Source of the DNA: Pseudorhodobacter antarcticus | Lineage (GTDB): Bacteria; Pseudomonadota; Alphaproteobacteria; Rhodobacterales; Rhodobacteraceae | Direction: 5' to 3' | Length of the DNA stretch: 32,160 nt | Assembly (NCBI GenBank): GCA_945861995.1 | Contig: CAMAWZ010000001.1 | Coordinates: 1 to 32,160, forward strand | Shown: in pieces, positions 1 to 7,856 of the stretch | How positions within the stretch are numbered: position 1 is the stretch's first letter | How the letters are laid out: every line of letters starts with the position of its first letter | Translations under genes and position numbers: made by a program | Notes under the pieces: model-generated | What the model was told of the DNA's origin: nothing | What the model saw: only the letters and a program-made list of their open reading frames with translations | Database searches by the model: none

Positions 1-1116
1 CGCATTGGGATTCCGATGATTCAGGTGGAAACGCTTGGCGCGGGTGGGGGGTCCATCGGTTGGATTGATCCTACGGGTCTGATGCAGATGGGGCCGCAAT
101 CGGCAGGGTCTGAACCTGGTCCCGCCTCATATGATCAAGGCGGCAAGGCCCCCACGACAACAGATGCCAACCTTGTACTCGGCTATATCAATCCCGATGG
201 TCTTGTGGGGGGGCGTCTGCCCTTGAACACGGAAAAGGCGCGGGTGGCGATAAAGACCGATATTGGCGAACCTTTGGGAATGTCGGTGGAACAGGCCGCT
301 TACGGTATGTTCAACATCGTCAACAACAACATGGTCAACGCCATTCGGCGCGTCTCGGTTGAGCGCGGCTATGACCCCCGCGATTTCGTGCTGAACTGCG
401 CGGGCGGGGCGACAGGCGCGCATATCACAGCACTGGCGCGAGAAATGGGGATCAAGCGGGTTTTGATTTCAAAACTTGCATCGGGCCTTTGCGCCTATGG
501 GCAGATCATTTCGGATGTAAAATACAACTATATGGCCCCTGCCCCGATCCGTTTGGATGCCACAGGCGCTGCGGCCAAGCTGAACGGGCTGTTCAAAGGC
601 CTAGAGACCAAGGGCGTTGCCGATCTGACCCGCGATGGTTTCGAACAAGACCGCATCAGCATCCGCCGCAGTTTGGACATGCGCTATGTCGGCCAAGTCC
701 ATGAATGCACTGTGGAAATTGATCCCTTTGACATTGATGACGCGGCGCTGATCGATGTCATCGAAGCGTTTCATACACGGCACGAAGAACTGTACACCTA
801 TTCCGAACGCCAAAGCGCGGTCGAAATTGTCAACGTCGAAAGCGCCATCTGGGGCCGCGTAGATCGGCCCAACCGTATGTCGATCGCCAAAGGTAAGGGC
901 GCGGAAAACGCCCTTATAGGCACCCGCCCTATGATCTTTGACGCAAGCGCCGTTGCCACAGACTGCCCCGTTTATTCAGGGGCCCGTCTGGGCGCGGACG
1001 ACCGCATTACTGGCCCCGCCGTGATCGAAGAGGTGACGACCACCATCGTCATTGAACCGGGCTGGCAGGCACATCTGCATGAAAGCGGCGTCTATCTTGT
1101 CGACGATATTGCGTAA
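1..1116 (+). CDS. Hydantoinase/oxoprolinase family protein, A subunit (HyuA-like), 5'-truncated by the window edge
   Basis: Frame is open from base 1 (RIGIPMIQVETLGAGGGSI) to TAA 1114-1116. Family motifs GAGGGSI, GPQSAGSEPGPASY, TTTDANLVLGY, ERGYDPRDF, DMRYVGQ and GPAVIEE-TTTIV are present. Confidence 0.9.
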   Translation, partial: RIGIPMIQVETLGAGGGSIGWIDPTGLMQMGPQSAGSEPGPASYDQGGKAPTTTDANLVLGYINPDGLVGGRLPLNTEKARVAIKTDIGEPLGMSVEQAAYGMFNIVNNNMVNAIRRVSVERGYDPRDFVLNCAGGATGAHITALAREMGIKRVLISKLASGLCAYGQIISDVKYNYMAPAPIRLDATGAAAKLNGLFKGLETKGVADLTRDGFEQDRISIRRSLDMRYVGQVHECTVEIDPFDIDDAALIDVIEAFHTRHEELYTYSERQSAVEIVNVESAIWGRVDRPNRMSIAKGKGAENALIGTRPMIFDASAVATDCPVYSGARLGADDRITGPAVIEEVTTTIVIEPGWQAHLHESGVYLVDDIA

Positions 1117-1127
1117 CGGAGGCGGCT

Positions 1128-1856
1128 ATGACCCTTTTAAACTGCGATATGGGCGAAAGCTTTGGGCTTTACCGCATTGGCGATGATGCGGGGCTGATGC
1201 CGCTGATTGATGTGGCGAATGTCGCCTGCGGCTTTCACGCCTCGGATTACAACCATATGCGCGCCACGGTGCAACTGGCCAAACAGCACGGGGTGCGCGT
1301 GGGGGCGCATCCATCTTTGCCTGACCTGCAAGGCTTTGGTCGGCGCGAGATGAAAATCGGGCGCGAAGAGATGGCCAATTGCATTATCTATCAAATCGGC
1401 GCGCTAAAGGGGTTTTTGCAAGCCGAGGGCATGGAGTTGAACCATATCAAACCACATGGTTCCCTTTACGGCATGGCCGCACGGCAAGAGGACATTTCCC
1501 ATGCTATCTGCGATGCCGCAGACGTGTTTAACGTGCCGCTGTTTGGCATGATCGGCACGCTGCACGAAACCATTTATCCCGCGCGCGGCCATGTATTTTT
1601 GTCAGAGTTTTATGCAGACCTTGATTACAATGATGCTGGCGGGTTGATTATCACCCGTGAACACGCAGCCACGGATGAGGAAAAGGCGGCTTCGGCCTGC
1701 GCGCGTGCAATCACCCAAGGCAAGGTTACTTCCGTAGGCGGTGTGGATGTGGCGGTGCGCGCCGATACGATTTGCGTTCATTCCGATACGCCCAATGCAG
1801 TCTCGCTGGCAAAAGCAGTGCGGGACGCTATAACTTCGCTGCAATCATCTCGTTGA
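1128..1856 (+). CDS. pxpA: LamB/YcsF family protein (5-oxoprolinase subunit PxpA-like)
   Basis: Motifs LNCDMGESFG, ANVACGFHA, GAHPSLPDLQGFGRR, HIKPHGSLY and DTICVHSDTP. RBS GGAGG at 1118-1122. Confidence 0.92.
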   Translation: MTLLNCDMGESFGLYRIGDDAGLMPLIDVANVACGFHASDYNHMRATVQLAKQHGVRVGAHPSLPDLQGFGRREMKIGREEMANCIIYQIGALKGFLQAEGMELNHIKPHGSLYGMAARQEDISHAICDAADVFNVPLFGMIGTLHETIYPARGHVFLSEFYADLDYNDAGGLIITREHAATDEEKAASACARAITQGKVTSVGGVDVAVRADTICVHSDTPNAVSLAKAVRDAITSLQSSR

Positions 1857-1869
1857 AAAGGCACTTACC

Positions 1870-2106
1870 ATGAGCAAACAAATTCTTTCGCCGCTGCCTG
1901 GCACCTTCTATAGCAAGCCTGCGCCCGATCAGCCGCAGTTTAAATCGGTGGGCGACGCAGTTGCCGTGGGCGATGTCATCGGCCTGATTGAAGTGATGAA
2001 ATCTTTTCACGAAGTCGTGGCTGATCAGGCGGGCACCATCACCGCCTTTGCAGCCGAGGATGAAGAGCCTGTGATGGCGGGCCAAGCTTTGATCGAGCTG
2101 TCGTAA
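1870..2106 (+). CDS. Stand-alone biotin carboxyl carrier protein (biotinyl domain only, 78 aa)
   Basis: SPLPGTFY and IGLIEVMKSF (biotinyl-lysine motif, a variant of EAMK). The stop overlaps the next ATG (TAATG). Confidence 0.9.
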   Translation: MSKQILSPLPGTFYSKPAPDQPQFKSVGDAVAVGDVIGLIEVMKSFHEVVADQAGTITAFAAEDEEPVMAGQALIELS

Positions 2107-3488
2107 TGCCCATCAAAAAGCTTCTGATCGCCAATCGCGGGGAAATTGCCGTGCGGATCATCCGCGCCGCGCAAGAACTTGGGATTGCGACAGTACAGGT
2201 GCATTCTGCCGCCGATACTGAATCTTTAGCAGTGATGATGGCAGATGAGGCGGTTTTGATCGGCCCGCCGATGGCATCAAAAAGCTATTTGAACATTGCA
2301 AATGTCATTAAGGCGGCGGTGGATACGGGCGCGGATGCGGTTCATCCCGGCTATGGATTTTTAGCGGAAAACGCAGATTTTGCCGACGCGGTCGAGGCGG
2401 CAGGTCTTATCTGGGTTGGCCCAAAGGGCGCATCCATTCGCGTTATGGGCGACAAAGTAGCCGCTCGTGTGGCCGCACAAGCGGCGGGTGTGCCTGTGGT
2501 TCCCGGATCGAACGGGCGGATTGAAGATCTGGCCATAGCGCGAGGCATCGCGCAAGACATTGGTTTTCCCGTGATGATCAAAGCCGCAGCGGGCGGCGGG
2601 GGGCGCGGCATTCGCATTGCCCATGATCTTGAGGAATTTGAACGCTTGATGCCGCAGGCCAGTGCCGAAGCCAAAGCCGCTTTTGGTGACGGTGGCCTTT
2701 ATATGGAAAAGGTCATCGAACGCGCCCGCCACATCGAAGTGCAAATCCTTGGAGACGGTAACAACGTCATTCATTGTTTTGAACGCGAATGCTCGTTGCA
2801 ACGACGCCGTCAAAAGGTTTGGGAAGAAGCCCCGTCGGCCGCCCTGCCCCAAGCAATGCGCGACCAGCTTTGCGCCTCTGCGGTTGCACTGGCCAAAGCG
2901 GTTCAATATCGCGGCGCGGGGACGCTGGAATATCTTTATGACGATGCCTCGGGTCAGTTTTACTTCATAGAAATGAACACACGGATTCAGGTGGAACATC
3001 CTGTGACAGAAATGATCACGGGCGTTGATTTGGTGCGCGAAATGTTGCGGATCGCGGGGGGCGAACCCTTGCGGTATAGCCAAGATCAAATCCGCCTGAA
3101 CGGCCACGCAATTGAGGTGCGCATTTGCGCCGAAGACCCCGCGCAAGGGTTCAAACCTGGGCCTGGCACTGTGACCAGCCTGAAGGTTCCGGGTGGGCCT
3201 GGGGTGCGGTTTGATACGATGCTTTACGCAGGCTACACGGTGCCGCCGTTTTACGACTCGCTTTTGGGCAAGCTGATTGTCTGGGACGAAAATCGCGCCG
3301 CCGCCATTGGGCGCATGGCCCGCGCCTTGGGCGAATTAGACGTAGGCGGATTGCCGACAACCAAACCCTTGCACCAAGCCTTGGCGCAGGACGCGGATGT
3401 GTTAGCGGGCGCGTTTCACACGCGCTGGCTAGAGCCATGGCTGGAACAAAATTCGCACAAGCTGGATGAGGAGAGCAAGACGCCATGA
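2106..3488 (+). CDS. accC: Biotin carboxylase subunit (AccC-like)
   Basis: Motifs LIANRGEIA, HPGYGFLAEN, IKAAAGGGGRG, ERECSLQRRRQK, EMNTRIQVEHPVTE and PPFYDSLLGKLIV. Context suggests a catabolic carboxylase rather than the fatty-acid ACC. Confidence 0.93.
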   Translation: MPIKKLLIANRGEIAVRIIRAAQELGIATVQVHSAADTESLAVMMADEAVLIGPPMASKSYLNIANVIKAAVDTGADAVHPGYGFLAENADFADAVEAAGLIWVGPKGASIRVMGDKVAARVAAQAAGVPVVPGSNGRIEDLAIARGIAQDIGFPVMIKAAAGGGGRGIRIAHDLEEFERLMPQASAEAKAAFGDGGLYMEKVIERARHIEVQILGDGNNVIHCFERECSLQRRRQKVWEEAPSAALPQAMRDQLCASAVALAKAVQYRGAGTLEYLYDDASGQFYFIEMNTRIQVEHPVTEMITGVDLVREMLRIAGGEPLRYSQDQIRLNGHAIEVRICAEDPAQGFKPGPGTVTSLKVPGGPGVRFDTMLYAGYTVPPFYDSLLGKLIVWDENRAAAIGRMARALGELDVGGLPTTKPLHQALAQDADVLAGAFHTRWLEPWLEQNSHKLDEESKTP

Positions 3489-4357
3489 CAACCCGTTATA
3501 CTTTTGGCGGTGACGAACATATCTTTGTGGAATGCAGCGATGAAATGTCGCTGGACGCATTCTTTCGGGGGATGTCTATCACCAACGCCCTGCGCGACGC
3601 CCAGATTAAGGGCGTAACCGAAATCTGCCCCGCAAACGCCTCGTTCCAAGTGCGATTTGACCCCGATGTCATCGCCCCTGATGAGATGATGCGCCAGTTG
3701 CAGGCCCTTGAGGCGGTCGCGCAAGCTGCGCCTTCGACGCTGAATACAAGGATCATCGAGGTTCCTGTGTACTACAACGATCCTTGGACGCATGAAACTG
3801 GCCAGCGCTTTCGCGAACGCCACCAAGACCCAACGTCGACCGACATCGAATATACCGCTAGGATCAATAACCTTGATGGGATCGAAGGGTTCATCAAGGC
3901 GCATTCGGGCGCGCCTTGGTTCGTCTCTATGGTGGGTTTTGTGGCGGGACTGCCGTTTTTGTATCAGATGGTGGACCGCGACCGTCAGATCCAATCGCCA
4001 AAATACCTGCGCCCGCGCACGGATACGCCCCGCTTGACCGTTGGGCATGGCGGATGTTTCGCCTGTATCTATTCGGTGCGCGGTGCAGGCGGCTATCAGA
4101 TGTTTGGTATCACGCCGATGCCAATCTATGATCCAAACCAGACCACCAGCTATCTGCGCGATTTTATGTGCCTGTTTAAGCCAGGCGATATCGTCAAATG
4201 GAAGCCGATTGGCCGCGAAGAATACGACCATACTGTGGCCGAAGTCGATGCAGGCCGCTGGCAACCACGGATCGCGCCTGTCACCTTTTCACTGGAAGAA
4301 TTCCGCAAAGATATCGACGGCACCAATGCCCGTGTGATGGAGGCCCTGAATGATTAA
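3485..4357 (+). CDS. pxpB: Carboxyltransferase subunit, PxpB / allophanate-hydrolase-subunit-1 / urea carboxylase CT-like
   Basis: IEVPVYYNDP, VSMVGFVAGLPFL, PRTDTP-TVGHGG, CIYS-GAGGYQMFG and FKPGDIVKW. ATGA overlap with the biotin carboxylase stop. The symbol denotes family only. Confidence 0.85.
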   Translation: MTTRYTFGGDEHIFVECSDEMSLDAFFRGMSITNALRDAQIKGVTEICPANASFQVRFDPDVIAPDEMMRQLQALEAVAQAAPSTLNTRIIEVPVYYNDPWTHETGQRFRERHQDPTSTDIEYTARINNLDGIEGFIKAHSGAPWFVSMVGFVAGLPFLYQMVDRDRQIQSPKYLRPRTDTPRLTVGHGGCFACIYSVRGAGGYQMFGITPMPIYDPNQTTSYLRDFMCLFKPGDIVKWKPIGREEYDHTVAEVDAGRWQPRIAPVTFSLEEFRKDIDGTNARVMEALND

Positions 4358-5318
4358 CGTCCTTAAACCAGGCCTTTCAACAACAGTGCAAGATTTGGGC
4401 CGTCCTGGCTATTATCATATTGGTATCCCGACTTCGGGCGGGATGGATACGCTGTCTTTGGCCGCAGCCAATCTTTTGGTGGGCAACGATGCAGGTGCCG
4501 CCGTCCTTGAGGTGGTGTTTCTTGGGCCAGAACTGGAATTCACCGCCGATGCGATGGTTGCCGTCACAGGGGCGGATTTGCCGCCAAAGGTAGACGGGGT
4601 TGAACAAGCGGGCTGGACAGCCTTTCGCGTGAACAAGGGCCAAGTTTTGTCCTTTGGCTATCTGAAAAAAGGCGCTCGGGCCTATATTGCCGTATCAGGC
4701 GGAATTGATGTGCCTGTGGTTCTGGGATCGCGGTCAACCTACACATTGGGCGCGCTTGGCGGCTATCTTGGGCGCAAACTTGCAGCGGGGGATGTTTTGC
4801 CTGTGGGGGCGTCTGCGGCAGATGGCGAAGGGCGCGCTGTGCCATACCATCTGCGCCGCATGCCGGGCGCACCGGCAGAGCTGCGCATGTTGCCGGGGCT
4901 GTACTGGCATCGGATCACCGAAGAAGCGGGCGCGACTTTCTTTGAAGATACATGGAAAGTGGCCCCCGAAGCCGACCGCATTGGCTATCGCTTTAAGGCG
5001 GGTCGGCCTTTGGACTTTGTGCCGCGTACGCCGCCCTTTGGGGCAGGGTCTGACCCGTCCAACATCGTTGATGCTTGCTATCCCTATGGATCGGTTCAGG
5101 TGCCTTCGGGAACAGAGCCGATCGTTCTGCACCGCGATGCTGTGTCGGGCGGCGGCTATATGATGATTGGTACTGTGGTTTCGGCTGATATGGACTTGAT
5201 TGGTCAATTGCAGCCGCACACGCCCACACGTTTTGTGAAGGTGACAATGGATCAGGCCATTTTCGCGCGCGCCGATCGCCGTAATACTCTAAGGGCTATC
5301 GCGGCGGCACTTGCGTGA
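4350..5318 (+). CDS. pxpC: Biotin-dependent carboxyltransferase family subunit, PxpC / allophanate-hydrolase-subunit-2-like
   Basis: PGLSTTVQDLGRPGY, GGMD-ANLLVGN, GARAYIAVSGGIDVP-LGSRST, DRIGYR and GSVQVP-GGGY. Overlaps the upstream gene by 8 nt. The symbol denotes family only. Confidence 0.88.
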   Translation: MINVLKPGLSTTVQDLGRPGYYHIGIPTSGGMDTLSLAAANLLVGNDAGAAVLEVVFLGPELEFTADAMVAVTGADLPPKVDGVEQAGWTAFRVNKGQVLSFGYLKKGARAYIAVSGGIDVPVVLGSRSTYTLGALGGYLGRKLAAGDVLPVGASAADGEGRAVPYHLRRMPGAPAELRMLPGLYWHRITEEAGATFFEDTWKVAPEADRIGYRFKAGRPLDFVPRTPPFGAGSDPSNIVDACYPYGSVQVPSGTEPIVLHRDAVSGGGYMMIGTVVSADMDLIGQLQPHTPTRFVKVTMDQAIFARADRRNTLRAIAAALA

Positions 5319-5321
5319 TAG

Positions 5322-5351
5322 GAATGTGGCGGGGGAAACCTCGCCACATTC
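5322..5351 (+). terminator. Strong stem-loop after the carboxylase block (terminator or mRNA-stabilising hairpin)
   Basis: GAATGTGGCG-GGG-GAAA-CCT-CGCCACATTC forms a 13-bp stem (one G-U) with a GAAA tetraloop, 3 nt after the pxpC-like stop. No U-tract follows. Confidence 0.6.
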
Positions 5352-5376
5352 GCCCGCTTGGGCAGAGAGGTAAATC

Positions 5377-6564
5377 TTGGCACAACAAGTGGAACCTGTA
5401 ACGACCCATGATCTGGCCGCGCCGCCCCAGACAAAGCGCCGCAGGTTGCGGGTGCGCGGAACGTCGATCACACTGTTGAAAGAAGTCCGCGAAAGGGCGC
5501 AAGTCGACCTTGGCTTTGACGTTGAATATGAGTTGCTAGAATTTGTCGACTGTCAGCGCAGAGCCGCGCTAGAGCCTGAATCCTATGACATATACGAACA
5601 ATGCTTTCACAATCTGGATATTGTGTGGTTTTGGGGTGCCCTGCAACCGATTGACACCAAACGCATTCACGATTGGGATAAGATTACGGATTTATCGAAA
5701 GCGGGCGGCATCAGCAAATATGCATGGCGCGGCCACGGCGACGCGCCCGTCCGCAAACTTTATGTCCAGCCTGGCGGATTTCTGGGGCCAAAGCAGGGAC
5801 GCTATATTTCCATGCTTCCAACTGTTCACAATATGGACAGCTTTGGTTTTGACACGCGGGTTTTTGGCAACGGAGACGTGCGCGCGCCCAGTTGGTCTTG
5901 GCTGCTGGATCGCCGCGCCAAAGGGCGGATCGCCTTGGTGGACGAGCCCGCGATTGGTCTTTTTGATGCCGCTTTGGCCGCCGAGGCTGCGGGAGAACTG
6001 CAATTCACCGACGTCAGCAATATGACCATTGCCGAGATTGACGCCTTGATGGCGTTATTGGAAGATCGCCGCCGTCAAGGGTATTTTTGCGCCACATGGC
6101 GTAATGCGAACGAGGCGGCAGAATTGGTGCTGCAAGACCGCGTTTCGGTGCAAAGTATGTGGTCGCCCGTTTACTCTAACATGGGCAAAATGGCGGAAAC
6201 ATTTGTCGAAGCAGCGCCGATTGAGGGCTATCGCGCATGGCATGGGGGGGCAAGCCTGTCGCGCCATCTGCAAGGTGCACAATTAGAGATGGGTTATGAA
6301 TATTTGAACTGGTGGTTGGATGGTTATGCAGGTGCCGTTATGGCGCGGCAGGGGTATTATATGTCTGCGCCAGAACGCACCAAATCTGCGCTTGCGCCCG
6401 AAGACTGGGCCTATTGGTATGAAGGTGCTCCTGCGGGCCGCGATCTGTTGGGGCCTTCGGGGGGGGTTGTCGTCAAGGCTGGCGCGCGGCGGGCTGGCGG
6501 TTCTTATCAAGATCGTGCCAACCGCATCGCCGTTTGGAACACAGTCATGGAGGAATACAATTAG
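5377..6564 (+). CDS. PotD-like solute-binding-protein paralogue without a signal peptide; probable true end at 6618, interrupted by TAG 6562-6564
   Basis: TTG start with GAGAGG RBS. Shares blocks with the SBP at 12183-13403 (PTVHNMDSFGF/PTVYNFDSIGY, GYRAW/GYRGW, QGYY, WYEGAP, GGS). No hydrophobic N-terminal h-region. The frame continues after TAG as AARAWDRFVRRVNEAQR to TGA 6616-6618. Confidence 0.8.
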   Translation: MAQQVEPVTTHDLAAPPQTKRRRLRVRGTSITLLKEVRERAQVDLGFDVEYELLEFVDCQRRAALEPESYDIYEQCFHNLDIVWFWGALQPIDTKRIHDWDKITDLSKAGGISKYAWRGHGDAPVRKLYVQPGGFLGPKQGRYISMLPTVHNMDSFGFDTRVFGNGDVRAPSWSWLLDRRAKGRIALVDEPAIGLFDAALAAEAAGELQFTDVSNMTIAEIDALMALLEDRRRQGYFCATWRNANEAAELVLQDRVSVQSMWSPVYSNMGKMAETFVEAAPIEGYRAWHGGASLSRHLQGAQLEMGYEYLNWWLDGYAGAVMARQGYYMSAPERTKSALAPEDWAYWYEGAPAGRDLLGPSGGVVVKAGARRAGGSYQDRANRIAVWNTVMEEYN

Positions 6565-6614
6565 GCCGCCCGCGCTTGGGATCGCTTTGTGCGGCGGGTG
6601 AACGAGGCGCAAAG

Positions 6615-7595
6615 ATGACCCCGCGCACCAACAACCCTTTGGCGCAAGAACCGCGATACGAACTGATCTCGCAAGTCTTGCGAAAAAACATCCTGAACGG
6701 CGTGCTGCCCAAAGGTTTGGTTATGCTAGAGGGGCCGATTGCGGCCTTAATGCAAACCAGTCGGATGCCCGTTCAGGCCGCTTTGCGTCTGTTGGCGGAT
6801 GAAGGATTGGTGCATCGGTTTGATGGGCGCGGTTATTTGGTTGGCGCGGTTGGGGTAGCACCTCTGCGCCGTGAGATCAGTGAATTTCACCTCGATATTC
6901 CCCAGCAGGTGGATGACGCGCTGCAAACGCGCGGCACTTGGAATTACTTTTACGACGAGGTTGAAGAACAGGTGGCCTCTTGTCAGGTCTTCGGCGAATT
7001 TCGAATCGTCGAAACGGAACTGGCAGGGTATCTGGGCGTCAGTCGTACAGTTGTACGGGATGTGCTATCACGGCTGCAAGAGCGCGGCCTTATCCACAAA
7101 GACAGCAGTTCGCACTGGGTGGCAGGCCCCCTAACCGCCCGCACGCTGCGCGAGAAATTCGAACTGCGCGCCATCATCGAACCCGCCGCCCTGCGTCTGG
7201 CCGCCCCGTATATTCAATATGGCCAGATCGAAGAAATCCGCGACCGAATCGGCGCGGATCCCAGCCTAAAGCCCGAAGGTCTGGAAAATGCTTTGATGGA
7301 ACATTGCATCTCGCGGGCAAAGAACACATCTTTGGTCGAAATGATCCAAAACAACCAAATGTTATTGACATCGGTCAACCGTGCCTTGACCCGCCTTGGT
7401 TTGCCCGAAGATGCAATTGCATTGGATCAATATCGAACGCTGTTTGACCTGATCGCGCGGCATCCGATTGATTCTGCGGCTGAATACCTGCGTGATCATC
7501 TGCATATCATGGCCGCCAAGAACCTAGCGCGCATGAAAATCGTGGCCGTCATCAGCGAGGCTGTCGGTTTCCCTCCGTATTTGATCCTTCAGTAA
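6615..7595 (+). CDS. GntR-family transcriptional regulator with two tandem winged-HTH domains and a C-terminal FCD-like domain
   Basis: HTH1 RYELISQVLRKNI...SRMPVQAALRLLADEGLV...GRGYLV and HTH2 ETELAGYLGVSRTVVRDVLSRLQERGLI, then FELRAIIEPAALRLAA...LRDHL. Start placed at ATG 6615 (GAGG upstream, ATGA overlap) rather than the ORF-track 6534. Confidence 0.88.
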   Translation: MTPRTNNPLAQEPRYELISQVLRKNILNGVLPKGLVMLEGPIAALMQTSRMPVQAALRLLADEGLVHRFDGRGYLVGAVGVAPLRREISEFHLDIPQQVDDALQTRGTWNYFYDEVEEQVASCQVFGEFRIVETELAGYLGVSRTVVRDVLSRLQERGLIHKDSSSHWVAGPLTARTLREKFELRAIIEPAALRLAAPYIQYGQIEEIRDRIGADPSLKPEGLENALMEHCISRAKNTSLVEMIQNNQMLLTSVNRALTRLGLPEDAIALDQYRTLFDLIARHPIDSAAEYLRDHLHIMAAKNLARMKIVAVISEAVGFPPYLILQ

Positions 7596-7856
7596 ATCAA
7601 ACTTTGTGTTCAAAATACATTTTATATGCGGGCAGTTCGTCAGCAAAATGCGCATTTTACGTGTATCCACTTTTTTTATTGCGCAAAAAACGGGTGCGCC
7701 GTTAACAAAAGTTCAATTGACACCTTTATAAAACCATTGTTTTATACGAAGTGCGGTTTGCTTGCACAGCGGCGCATCGAACAAGAGGTTCAATGCCCTG
7801 ACAACGAGATATGAAGATCGGGTTCCGCAGCAAGCGCGGCGCCACGGAAGGCGCGT
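7596..7856 (+). promoter_or_regulatory. AT-rich promoter region of the transporter/catabolic operon with TTGACA and candidate operators
   Basis: Perfect TTGACA at 7717-7722. Inverted repeat TATAAAAC-CATT-GTTTTATA at 7727-7746. Perfect palindrome AAAATGCGCATTTT at 7645-7658. No clean -10 hexamer at 17-bp spacing. Confidence 0.6.

Noticed and set aside
1870-3488. Housekeeping acetyl-CoA carboxylase accBC
   Set aside because: The BCCP lacks the N-terminal and linker region of AccB and has EVMK, and the genes are coupled to PxpB/PxpC-like subunits rather than lipid genes.
5407-5480. Tat signal in the first SBP paralogue (TKRRRLR)
   Set aside because: There is no RRxFLK consensus and no hydrophobic h-region. 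The arginines lead straight into the first strand of the mature fold (LRVRG, matching LRTVG in the paralogue).
7750-7856. Guanidine or other riboswitch, or leader peptide (ATG-CCC-TGA at 7793-7801; ORF from 7811)
   Set aside because: No recognisable ykkC, mini-ykkC twin ACGR hairpins or other aptamer by eye, and the mini-ORFs have no supporting features. An Rfam/Infernal scan would settle it.
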